From: Antedon mediterranea
Taxonomy: Eukaryota; Animalia; Echinodermata
Assembly: GCF_964355755.1 (NCBI RefSeq)
Contig: NC_092677.1
Coordinates: 8,640,101 to 8,704,100, forward strand
Direction of reading: 5' to 3'
DNA length: 64,000 bases
Under the pieces are notes generated by a model. That model did not search any database. It worked only from the letters and a program-made list of their open reading frames with translations, and had not been told where the DNA came from. Shown one piece after another: positions 38,709 to 51,628 of this stretch (the stretch's first letter is position 1; every line of letters begins with the position of its first letter). The position numbers were made by a program, and so were the translations under genes.

Positions 38709-38815
38709 GCTACATTCGCACTTGTTCTGTTTCTCGGAACGGAAGACGGCGTCGTTTGTTAAACAATGTAAGATCATCGTTTTTCGTTCCGCAAAACGGA
38801 ACAAGGTGTGAGTGG
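38709..38815. repeat. Small hairpin/MITE-like palindrome
   Basis: cttgttctgtttctcggaacggaagacg vs cgtttttcgttccgcaaaacggaacaag. Confidence 0.55.
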
Positions 38816-40250
38816 AGGTGGAGGAGTTTCTAATAATTTTTTTGTACCGTGTTTTTTTTTTACATTTTCAAGTCTTCATATTTGGAGACATTTTTAAATG
38901 ATTTAATATTAATAGAAAAGTAAGTATGTTAAATACTGTATGAATTGCTCAGTGATAAATTGTCAATGGGAACTGTTGTATAGAAAAAAAAATGAAACAA
39001 AAACAAGCTTTTATTATTAATTTTTTTCACATTATCGTCGTTGACCATGGTCAGTACTAGTAGTTTATCGGTCATCAGAACTCGGAATCCTCTGTCCTGT
39101 TAATTAAAAAACATAACTGATGGAAACATTTGAAATTTTAATAATTTTTACAAATTTAGTTCATGTTGCCGATAATATGTTACTTTTATTATTGAAATTC
39201 ACATTCCCTTAGGACAAAAGTAAAACATTAAATTGAAAAAACACATATGATTTAAAATTTACACAGTCCATAGCAAAAACAAAATATCTAAATGGTTTTA
39301 ACAAATTAAATAAAGTATAAAAATAAAAACAAATCTTCTCTTCTCTTTTCCTTTCCATTTTTGATTGTTTGTTTTCTGCATATAATAACAAACACCGTTT
39401 AGCATTAACTACACTAAATGATGAAATATTAAATATACTGTATTACAGATCTAATATTTTGAATGTTTAGAGTATTGAAACACTTCCTGTTCTAATTAAG
39501 TTTTATGAAAATGAACCTCAAACTAAAATACAAATCGAATGTATTGAGTTTGATCGTGTTCAATGTCCTCTCTAGTTCAGTTTTTAATAAATGGTCTCAT
39601 TTCCTCTCTCTTTAAGAAACTTAAAACACGCCGAACTTTCAATACGCATGTAAATCAATAATTTCTCATGTTCTAGTATGTTCTATTTTGTAATTTTCTC
39701 GCCGTTTTTAAGTGCACTGTAATTAAGAAGATAAAAGACTCAATATATGGGGCGAAATGACTGAACCTCACTCGCCAATTACTGTCGAGCTAGACATAGC
39801 GAATGCTTAATTTGTTCAGGTAGCCAGCGTAATCATCAATAACCACGGCAAAGAAAAACGATTCGTTTTTATTTGATATATTGCTTCAAAACCCAAACAT
39901 CGTTGCATTTAGAATAAACGATAAAAAGTAATGCAATATTATTGAACTACAGTATTGCAGGTATTCGTACTGGTTATTGTTTAATATCGGTATTGGAAAT
40001 TAAAACTTTAAAGTTTTCATGTTATTGTCATCATCACTTGGTGTTTACATTAATGATACTCATTAAATCTCTATTGAGACCACTCACTATAATTTCCCAC
40101 AGCATTGTATTTCCTAGCACTTCGACTTTGGAGTCATTTATACTATATGAAGAAAGGGTTATGTTGAAAACAAAATACGAATGCCATGATTGAAAAGAAA
40201 CGAATTTAGATTGAGAATTTCGCATTTAGTGCATTGTTTTTGAATACTAG

Positions 40251-40547
40251 TACTCTAGTAGCTAGATCAACTTTCGTATGCACTTTGAGGTCCAGAGAAT
40301 TTGACTTCAGAAATTGGTTGAGGGTGGTCAAACAATCATTTTTGGCTTGGTTACACATTTTGAAAATGTGGCGAAAGGTCAAAAGGTCAGGGTCAAAGGT
40401 TATAAGATCAAACAAAATTATGTCCTTAAATCTCGACAAATCTGTAACCAAGCCAAATATGATTGTTTGACCACCCTAAACCAATTTCTGAAGTCAAATT
40501 CTCTGGACCTCAAAGTGCATACGAAAGTTGATCTAGCTACTAGAGTA
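40251..40547. mobile_element. 297-bp MITE with ~105-bp TIRs and 3-bp TSD (Academ-like)
   Basis: TAG|tactctagtagctagatcaac...gttgatctagctactagagta|TAG; central aaggtca repeats resemble the tgacctt motifs in the 19277-22380 arms. Confidence 0.75.
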
Positions 40548-43500
40548 TAGTGAGTTGTTATTGTGTGTATTGTTTTTAGTATTTCTATATCTTATTATTT
40601 TATATTATACAGATAAATAGACACAACAATGACATTGCTACCATCGCGTTGATACCGTACGTATTAGGCCTACTTTAATGTCATCATCGATTGTTTTTCG
40701 TATTAAGCAAAATAACCATTACCTGTTAGCATAATTATTTTTTTAGATTTCATATACATTATCGCAGAGCTAATGGGATCGTTATACTGAATTACAAACT
40801 TAATAACATAAACCTTATTATTAGTTATCAGAGCCTCGATCTATGTCATAACTGCGTTCCGATCCATGATAACCATAACAACGCTTATAAACATTCTGAC
40901 GAATGACGCTTGACACCTGTCGATGTATCCATATAAAAATCTAAATCCATTCTTTCAAAGGCGGATTGGAAATATAGGCCTGTTACCAGCTGGAATATGA
41001 TGAGATAACTACATACGAAAATCCACGCTCGATATTTTTAGAAACGATCAATTGTATGTTTTTCTTTCTTGAAGATCAACAACTTACATTGAGCATAATT
41101 CTTTATCTTCTTTCGGGAAAAAAGTGTAACATAGTGTTGCAATTGTTAAGAATAATTATAATCTAATATTTAGCCTAAACCAGGTTTGTTATGATATAAT
41201 GAAAACGATTTTAATAAGAATTTCCCATGGTAAACCCTTTTCTTTTCGTATTAGGCCTATACTTAGTAAAGCTTCAGCTGTACATATAGTTATTTAGGAG
41301 GCTGTTACAGTTTTAGCAAATGTGGACATTGGTGGTTAAAGGGTAGCTTCAGCGTTAAAATTATAATGTTTATTATTTATATTTAGGTAAATTGTGCAAC
41401 ACAGTTACTCAACTCGTTCTTTGAGAGCGTTGATGCAGATTGCGGTACTGAAGCCCTATATAAGGAAAAAAATGACAATTTGTAAATTTGAGCAGCGTTT
41501 AAACAACTAATTTTAAAGGACAAGCAGGGCTATGGTTTAGCCACCAAGTAAAGTAATAATGAAAAGAAGAAACATCAAAATAAGATGGAGAGATGACAAG
41601 AAAAAATATAAAAACTTGAGTATAGCAAAAGAGAGAGATAACATAGATAGCTTTGGAGGAGGGATATGTCCTACTGTGGACTGACAAATCCTGAAGAAGA
41701 CGAAACAATATAAATGTTAAACCCAGGGCTACTATTTAAGTAAGAGCGCTTTCAGCTATTTCTATTTTCTAGAACATAGAAATACCAGTTTGGTAACACG
41801 GGTTTTAGTTGTGCATGTTTATTTGTATAATGATAGGAGACGTATAGACATATCCACTATTTATTTTATTTAACAAATTGAGGAACAGAATGAGCCTAAT
41901 ATATTTTGTTTATCGCATTACCATGATATGCGTATAGTAGTGTAAATAGGCCTATCTGGGAAAAACAACATTAATTGCATATTTACACGCACTAGCACAT
42001 ACCAATAAATAAATCAATGCGTAAATGATATAGATCTTTATGTGAATCTATTAAAGTACAACTGGTTCCAGAGTCTCTTCGATCGAATTTGTTTATAACC
42101 ATTCCAAACCTTAACTTTTGAACAGCGTATAACATTAATGACTCTCATTTTTAAAACATTCAGCTATATGGTGTAACCTACCTGCAGACAACATTATTAA
42201 AGTACACACTGGCGCCAAAGCCTCCTTCGGTCGTGGTAACTGGAAACGTAATTAATCCACTATTTTATTAATATACATCCATCTACCTTAACTTTTGAAC
42301 AGGATACGCAATTAATTACTTGTTCTTTTATTTGAAACATGATGTAGCCTACAAACAACATTATTACAGTACATAACACTGGCTCCAAAACCGTTCAGCG
42401 AAAAAGCAAAACAAAATAAAAACCTAATTAGGCCACGACCTATAAAGCATAAAAATGTTTCGCAGTCAATGAAGTTTTCGCGTGTGAAAAGATCGTAGAT
42501 GACCCATCCGTCACCTTGCCAGTGTTGTCATCGTGAAAACAATTATTATAGATAATTCATATAGAACCAAAAGGTTAAATATTATTTAAATCATGATATA
42601 TATTCAATATGGTATTAAAAATACCGAAATGTTAGTCAATTTATCTGAGGTCAGAATGCCATTCGCCAAAAGCGTAACTAATTAGAGCTATTAGAAGGAT
42701 TTACATTTTGTGGTATTACTTTTACTCAACATCGCCTGCGGTGGTGCTACATTGGGTCACTAGGCCTAGTGGAATCTGAGATGCGTTCACACGCACTTAA
42801 CTCTCTTTGCTTGCTTAAGTTTGGTTCCCACTAAAGTCTTGGACGTAGACGCAACGCAAGCGATTTTAACCAATGACAAGCACCACTTCGAATAAACTAT
42901 CGTTGTGATTGGTCAAATTACTTGCGTTGAGATTTTGATTCTTGTGCGATATTCTACTTTTTGGGGATACATTCTTTGCATTAGTGCGCATGTGTAAGTT
43001 CTGTGTTTGCTTTTAAAAGTCTAGGCAAAATAACATCTTGGACGAGAGCAGGTTCAGTAATTGCCTAAGCAATATGTGTGACTATGTTCCTGGTTGATGA
43101 TATTACCGGATAAATGAAATGTTATCTTCTTAAACTGATCAAATTATTTCCATAAGTATGACGAACTTTTACCATCGTAATCGTTGAACCAGTGGCAGCG
43201 ACAGTTCAATTTTATCTCCATCCCAACCGCTTTCCCCCACGGAGAGGATTTACTATTTAGGGACCAGACAATGTTTTCATTTCTGGTATTCTAGTATGCC
43301 TTAGTTCCAATTTAGATATGAATATACCGAGGAGGGGTACATACCTTCCAGACCTATCCCTTCCCATGGGATTTACTGGGGTGAATAGTTCTATTGGAGT
43401 TGTTTGGTTCTCTCTTCTTTTAATTCGTAGTCTGTGTGTTTATCTTGACACCAAAGCCATCATATCAATACTATGATCAATGGTAACAGATCACTTGTTG

Positions 43501-44141
43501 GGCTGTTCATTTAAACATATCAATATTGTGACTTCGTACTTAAATTAATGATGCTCCGTGATCGCCCTTTTTCAATTCGTATTATGATACATATGCTTCT
43601 GAGTAAACGATTTTCTCGTTAATTATCATTTGATTGTTTGGGGAATAGATCAGTGAGATATACGCAATTTATCACTACAAGTGCATTTCGCATCTGATCT
43701 GGAGATTATCTTGATTTATGAAATGGATTATTCTGGTTGATAAATTTTTTAAAGAAAACGTATGAAGACAAGTATGTTCATAATGTAAAGTTTATTATCG
43801 TACACTAAAATCGAAATAAATTGATTTGGACATCGTTTAATTTAGCAGTAAAGCAACGGTTTGCATGTAGAATACAATTATAATACTCCTTATAATACCA
43901 ACACATGTGTATTTAGGCCTAAGTTCACCTAAAGATTTTGTCTTAACAATAATTATGCAGTGTGTTTATATTTAGCAAACAATATAATTACATTCCTACT
44001 ATATTCTCTAAAGTTGGTAATCAATCTCATATCGTATAGTTTTATTCTTGATTGATAAAATGAAATGATTTTTTTCTATATATACGAATGCATTTCTTTA
44101 GTACTTTTCAAATATCATATACCAGCCCATTCTATTATGTA

Positions 44142-44250
44142 AAGCTCTGTTTACACTATCAAACTAGTTTGACACAAAAAGTGTGGCAGTGATATAACAT
44201 CATCATGTCCATGTATGGGTCAAATCAGTTTGATAGTGGGGACACAGCTT
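44142..44250. mobile_element. Short MITE (aagctctgt.tacact family; related end at ~61541)
   Basis: aagctctgtttacactatcaaact ... agtttgatagtggggacacagctt. Confidence 0.5.
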
Positions 44251-47187
44251 AAATCGACTGTTATATTATCCATTTCTATTGCATTTTGTCAATTATTGTT
44301 CAAATAAAGAAGCCTTTTATCTTTGTCAAATATAATTATGTCATTGTGAAGATAATTCGTTTATAATTTTATCTCTCCTACCTATTATAGCCTAGTTCAT
44401 TCTATTTCGTAAATCGACATCTATTATCTATTTCCATTGCAATAATGGTCAATTAGTATCTTTAGAAGTATGTATTATTTTCCAATCCATGTCATTGCGA
44501 AGACATTTCGTCTGTGATGTTTTGAAACACTCATTATTCTATGCCAGTTCATTGTCATTCAAAGTATACAATACAATTACTTAACCAACGCAGTTAGTTT
44601 ATTTACCAGCATTCGGTTAATGCATATAACCGATTTACTTCTCTGGTAATCGACAGCCATTTATATCCATTTCCATTGACAGTTAATATGTATATAATTA
44701 CGCCTTGATAGGCCTCTATTTGTGTCCACGTTCTACTGTCATTAAAATGTTCATAACCGACATCCATCTTCCAATCGATCCATTTAGAAACGAAACAAAG
44801 TTAAACTAACCATAATCATTACAAACATTAACCACACCATTATCGCAATGACGATTATTTTGAAAAAGGCTAAAATTATAGCACAGTTTATTACGCAATT
44901 TATAAATTCTGCATTTTGACTCAAATATAATAAAATTGTTATTTGAAACACTTAGTATCAAATGAATATTGAATTTGACACACTGTATCGTAAAGGTAGC
45001 ATAGCGTAGGTGTCGTGGCAATACCTGAAGCAAAGAATTATTTTCAATGAACAGTTTATTGATGATTTAAGTAAGGCTTTAAGACAGGTTGATTCAATCA
45101 AAATAATTTATTAGGATAACAGTAAATATGATCATGGATAAAATAAGTAGAAGAAGGATATGCATCAGTCTGACATCAAACGTTCCATCTCTTTTACCGA
45201 CAGAGCACAGACCGCCCACAATGTTACAAAATAAACAAAGGCTTCTTAGTGAAAAGATAATCTAAACAGAATAAAATGATATGAATAAATAAAGAGATAT
45301 TGTAATTGGCATCGGAAAGGATCCCTTTCGTGGCTCTGCCTACTCTGTAGTCAGTTTTCCCCGGTTGTTCCTGTATGCTTTGAGCTCAACTCTTCATCTC
45401 GTTTTGATCTTCTGGTTTTTGCCATTAATGTCATTCGTGTCGTTTTTTGTCCTTGTTCCTAATGACCTGTCCATCTTAATTTTGCTTCTATTATTGTATC
45501 CATAGTGTATTTAAAATTTGAACATAAGCTATTAATTTTATACTGTTTCGGATGCAATACATTCCGTAGAGTTGATAATCGTTAACCCGCCGGCGAGTAA
45601 ACAATTGCATAGTTAAGTTTTTGTTAAAAAAAAGTAGGTCTGTACTATCAAAAGTTGAAGAGTTTTGATTTTTAAGTATAAATAAATATTGCTTCTTTCA
45701 TTTTTATTTTGTCCTGTTTTGTGTCTATGTGTATTTAATTTCTACGTTTTTGCTAAATATAAATTTACGAGACAAGTAAAAATACATACTATCTTTCTAT
45801 ACCGTTTGTAGGTCTAAGTTGAAACTGAAATTGCGTTCAATTTGATTTTAGATTGAAAATCGTTGGCAAATAACTTTCTCTCTTCGTGTCAAATTATTTC
45901 ATAGCTATATATAGGATATATAGTATAATGATGGACGAATCAAACTTTAAGCCGAACGGTAATATTATTTAAGAATTTGAACTTTATATTGAACTAGAAC
46001 AGTGTTTCTTTTTATTATACAAAATACAAAATGATAGCAATTTGATTAGCAGTAGAACGCATCAGTTGACCATCGGAGACATTTTAGACTAAAAGGTAGA
46101 TCATGGAGAATTCTCCATGGGTAGATGGAGTTTATTGATTTTTTTGCATTTAATGAACTTCTTTTATTTAAATTTCAGATAGATTAGGTCTTCATTATTT
46201 GTAGCAAAGCCAGGGCTTCCTTTATCAATTTTGTTGCCTAGGATTGTTTATGATTCTTTAAAGATGTATTGTCCCTCAGAACCTTGAAACATTAAGATTC
46301 TTGAAATAAGAATGTGAATAGGCCATTTTGCAATAAGTTATTCACTCCAGTAGATAAAAAAAAACAAACAAAATAATTTTACTTATAATGAGAAAAGAAA
46401 CAGTTAAATTTAACCAAAAATCCATTGTCTGACAGAAAAGTTAACTTTTTTTACAGTTGTTTTTTTTTTTTTGTGTCTTATATTTTTTATTCAAGTTTCT
46501 GCCATATACAATACAAAGAAAACAAAACTATGCTAGTTGGTCAACCCAAAACAGAGCACAGAAATAAACTTCCCAAAAAATGACGTTTTACAATTAAAGC
46601 AACTACAAGAAAGTAACCGACTACACACATTTTCAATATCAAACTTATTTATGTCATACGGTATTCAACAACAAAACATTATTTTTCCAGGGGACAATAT
46701 AACTTATATCATGTATTTATTGTCATATTGCCACTTTACAGGCCCTAGACATGATATCGTTCGAGAATCGGCTGTAAATTTGTCATTCTCTATATTTTTG
46801 TGAATTAGAAGCTCTGTTTAGCCTATGTGTATGACAGTTTTTTGAGGAACTTTTTTGTTTATTATTAGTTTTATTGATTATTAAAAATTGTCAGTTTTTT
46901 TCCAAAAAAATCTTTAAATGTTCTTAATGTTAATACATTTCAAATGTACGAAATGGGATTCTACTATAGATAGAATATGATGATGATAGAATATGAAATT
47001 TTAACGACTTAATAGAAATGCATGTGAGATTATAAAATCAATGCGAAAGTCATACACTTATTACATTTGCATAAATCGATGTTATTTTTAATTCCTTATA
47101 CAAGTTCGATACAAGTTCAAAATAGAATCACAATGCTCCGAAAAGGTGTCTCACTCAGTCACAATATCTTCTTGTTCATGATTTGTC

Positions 47188-47286
47188 AGCCTAGCCTAGC
47201 CTAGCCTAGCCTAGCCTAGCCTAGTCTAGCCTAGCCTAGCCTAGCCTAGCCTAGCCTAGCCTAGCCTAGCCTAGCCTAGCCTAGCT
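47188..47286. repeat. (GCCTA)n microsatellite, ~19 copies
   Basis: Near-perfect pentamer array. Confidence 0.97.
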
Positions 47287-47600
47287 ACACAGTGGACATG
47301 TCTCTCCTCAAACGCTCTATATTTGCTTGTCTCTTTTGTTATTCTCAACCATTTTTTTTTTATATTTCCTTAGGTCATCTTTCCATCTTATGTTGAGTTT
47401 GCCTCTTGTCATTTTCCCCATCGTTGGTTGCCAAACCATATAGTCCTGCTTGTGCATTAATTGTCATGAAGTCTTGGTACGTGGTTTGATCTTTATCCCT
47501 TTTTTTTTGTGCATGGTATCTATTATTACGCCAACCATTCTCCGTTCCATAGCATACTGAAAGTTGATCTTAAATTAACTGTTTTTCTCAGTTAGTCTCT
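47287..47600 (-). mobile_element. 3' fragment of an RTE LINE
   Basis: Minus strand WQPTMGKMTRGKLNIRWKDDLRK matches the RTE C-terminal W.P..GkR.RGRP..RW.DD motif; it runs into the (TAGGC)n tail. Confidence 0.65.
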
Positions 47601-48879
47601 CTGCGTTGCTGATACGTACAATAAATTATACACAATATAAAAAAATAATGTAAGTGATTCTGAGAAAGAAGTGGGAATGTTTTTAGTATTGTTTAGTGAA
47701 AGGATGCACGGGCCAACATTGAACAAATTATTATATAAATTACAGAAAATTAGACCATATGATCTTAAACAAGTGTACCAATCAACATCACAGATGTATC
47801 AGCACGGTAGCGATTTTGCACCGTACCACTTCATGAAATAACCAGATTTACCTTTATCAGCATATGCACGCGCATCAATTTAAAAAATAAATAATTTTAG
47901 AAGATTCGTGACATGTGCTTCAATTTTGAATGCTCACTTATGTAATTATACGAAAACACGACATAACGCATTATTAATCATTATTTTGCAGAAAATATAA
48001 CATAGCACGAGTGTGTCCTATATATCAGTAATATTTGAGGTCACTTACAGCCCCTTAGCAAAAGTGGTCTGCGCATTAAATGACGGCGTTATACAATTAG
48101 CTTGAGAATAATCACCATTCTAACGCGTAACTTTCCACTTTGATAAGTTAACTTAGCTGTACAATCGATGATTTTGATAATTGCAATTCAACATTTCATT
48201 GCTGTATGTAGGGCGAGAACGAGCTAAATGCACATTTTGTAAAATCTAATTTAGATATTGACAAGTGATGTTTTTCTCTGACCACTGCTGCACGATCCAC
48301 AATCCCATCGAGACGATCACAGAATGAAGCCGGCCCAGGAACTTCTAGGAACCATTCTAAATCGACGTAATACCATCGAGAACACGAATCTTAAAATGTT
48401 TAAATTTATACCGAACAAAACCAACCACTGCTTGTGTTAGAGTTTCTTCATTTGGCCTTTGAACAGCCTCAAAATGTTCAAATGTTCACTATTTCTATGG
48501 ATTAGCTTTAAAAAACGTGCCATCAATTGTTTTGCTTCGTAGGTAGAAAGAATATGAGGCAAGACTTATATAAACATGACTTTTCTCTTGTACTTTCACA
48601 GAACAATATTAACGTTTTTATGACAGATGTTATTGATAATTGATAAAAACACATTTATGATTTATGAGATTTAACAAAAATAATTCTGTATCATGGTCAT
48701 GGATTAAAGCTTAGTTTCCAAAGAACGCAATACAAGGAGGTAAACCGCAACGCAAGTGAGTTGACCAATCAAAAGCGATGGATTATTTGAACTGTCGAAT
48801 GTGATTGGTCAATCAATTGCGGCTTACGTTTGTGGCTTTGTGTTGCGTCCCAGTTGGAACAAGGCTTTAAACTAAACAT

Positions 48880-49055
48880 AGTGTAGCTGCAACAAGATCC
48901 GTTCTTCGCCCCTTAACAGACACCGCACCGCCGAGAATATGTAGATAGTACACAGTACTGTTGGTATTTGTCGCAGCCAGACACAAAATCAAAGGATTGT
49001 TACGAGTTCCTACCTTGGCAAGGCGAGCTCAGTGTCCCGCTGTTAGATTGCCTTA
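48880..49055 (-). repeat. Dispersed ~190-bp structured repeat, copy 2
   Basis: Reverse complement aligns by eye with 56872-57060 and 10449-10565. Confidence 0.75.
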
Positions 49056-49546
49056 GTCAAACTGCTTACTTTAATTACTACCAGATAAAACCGAAAAACC
49101 TTTTATTTATGTGACGTTAGAATATTTTAGTCAATTAAGATGCAGATGATTGTATTAACTTCTTGTGATTGGTCAGATGTTTGCCCTAATCTGATTTTTA
49201 CTTTATTCACCATTCATTGTATGGTTAAGATTCGATTGTATAACACTCTCTTACGCACGCTCAACAGAGACCCTCATATAACAATATTAAAATAATTTTA
49301 TTATGACTGTGATGGCGCTAAATATGGAGACAGAATATTGTAATCGCAGTTCATTGTGCGTACGTTAATGGGAATAAATTAGGCCTACGAATGCATTTAG
49401 CTGATTGTCGTTGTTTTTTCGTCAGAAGATTATTGACCGACACACTAATAATATCGATACCAATAATACTATATTGAATTTGACTACTCAAACACATTAA
49501 ACGTTTTAGGTATACCGATTTTATTTAAATTATTTTTTAATTACAG

Positions 49547-49743
49547 ATTGCATTAAAAGCTATTTCTGGAAATTGATTAAGGACACTTTTCATCATACTT
49601 TTAATGATTTGGGACTTTGGATAAAGAATATATGAACTGCTTTATAAGCGAGACCTGTTTATTTTAGTTGCGCTGTTGATGATCACCCACCGACCACTCG
49701 TGTAAACGCTTGCTATCGTACAGTAAAAACGGTAAACGTAAAG
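49547..49743 (+). other. Candidate 5'-UTR exon of the GPCR gene
   Basis: Acceptor tttttaattacag and donor aag|gtaagc; the GPCR ATG is preceded by an acceptor at 51618 that needs an upstream donor. Confidence 0.4.
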
Positions 49744-50552
49744 GTAAGCTTGCATTTATTATATATAATAATGATATTATATATTTTTCACTCGATACTT
49801 CAGCTTTCAGTGGATAGAGTCTCACAGACTATTGCAAGTCATCTAGATACGTGTCTGACTTTCACTGGCTTGCAAAAGTCAGTGAAAATAGGGTGTATAT
49901 TTCTTATGACGAAATTAGATTGCAACATCTCCAACACAATTTCCCTACGATATTGGAAAAATGATTAGGTCTACCAAGAATCGGCTATCTGTGCCATAGA
50001 TGTTTAGATTAGTTTCTTAGTAGTTCATGTTATTTGTTTTATTCATGTTTTAGTTCTTAGCAACGACAGATAACTTTCTTTTATCTGTATTACTAAATCT
50101 TATTTCAACATGTATAAATCCTTCTTCATAAGGTTATTTATTTTATACTATAAAAAGATAACTCTATATCCCATGTTATTTATTCGTATATTGACATCAT
50201 AGTCGTAGTAGGCTCTAGTGTACATTTCCGATTTTCTACGATGAGCTTTAGTAATCCTACACTGTACACATTCTTAACATCATCTCGTGATCTATGCGTC
50301 TGCATTGAGCCTATTGTTATCGAATTCCCCAAACAGGCAATTGAAGTTATGCATGTATATCTACCTTAAGCTGAATCAGGTTAGTGCCAGAGAGCTGGTA
50401 TTAAACTGTAGTATACGCTAATCCTTTGCTTTACGTTTAAACCTCACAAGAACTAGAATTATCTTTTACGTTTTGACATTGTGTAAACTTGTGCATATAA
50501 GCATAAGACTTGTAATAAGACTTTGTTTATGTAGAGCATCGTGTGTATATGT

Positions 50553-50920
50553 TCTGATGTTCTGGGATATTCTTGTATTCGAAATGATAGAGGTAGTAAA
50601 GGGGGTGGCGTGGCCCTGTACGTTAATGAAAAGTTTAACTTTGTTGAGAATTCTATCTGTTCTCCCGATGGTCTTGAATTGTTGTGGATTGAAGTTAAGT
50701 TGTCCAATTGCCATTCAATCTTTGTATGTGTGACTTATTTCCTCCCTAAATGTAACAAACATATCATGAACTTATGGATTATCTATGCTCTAAAATCGAC
50801 GAAATCCACAGCTCCAGCGATAATGCCTCATTCTGCATTATGGGTGATTTCAATGACTTTGACCTTAATCCTCTTTTACTTAACACTGCTTTTAAACAGG
50901 TTGTTAACTTTTCCACTCGT
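50553..50920 (+). pseudogene. LINE apurinic endonuclease (APE) fragment, frameshifted
   Basis: GYSCIRNDRGSKGGGVALYV..GLELLWIEV..VCVTY and CIMGDFND..LLNTAFKQVVNFSTR are APE-domain motifs of CR1/Jockey-group LINEs. Confidence 0.85.
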
Positions 50921-51628
50921 GTTTATGTAGAGCATCTTGTGTATATGTTTGTCTTGTGAACCTCTGAGGGTCCCTAACGATCAGCAATAGCTGGATGGAT
51001 CACCCTCATTAAATATGGTTAAAAAAAAAAACATTTTGAAGTCGCATGTCTCAAAGATATTTCTAACAAAAGTCTTTTTTAGATAATAGCTAAAGTCTTT
51101 TCAGTTTCTATAATTCTGAATGATGGTTGAAAGAAAGTATTTTAGATTTCCTAATATAACGCGTGATTCCTACAGACGCAACGCAAGCGAGGTCGACCAA
51201 TGGCAAACGCCAGTTCGATTGATTCATTGGTTGTGATTGGTCCTTGCGTTGTGTCCCTCTAGTGGGAACCACGCCTAAGTAAGTCTTTACAACTACCTTG
51301 TTGAAACGTTCAACTAGTGAATATTATTACAGTTAGAGTAAACAATAGATTTTGAAACAGCTGGCAAATAATTTAAAATCAATAAGACTGTATAAATTGT
51401 CATTATTGCATAGTTATATTATATTAGGGAAACTATAGGCTATACCGTACTGCAGGTATTACAAAATACCCTTTTTACAGTAAAGCAAGTAGTTACTGCA
51501 GTAGCCCAACTGATAGAATGATTTCTTTCAGTCTTCTTTTTTACTCAATGTGAATTAGAAATATTGCAGTTTGTAAGTTGCTAAGTTACTAATATTGTGT
51601 CTTTTTTTGTCTTTTCAGTGTACTAATT

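Noticed and set aside
40206-40550. Overlapping ORFs on both strands
   Set aside because: By-products of the palindromic MITE
45310-45490. Further minus-strand RTE 3' fragment (KLRWTGH-like)
   Set aside because: Too degraded to support beyond one short motif
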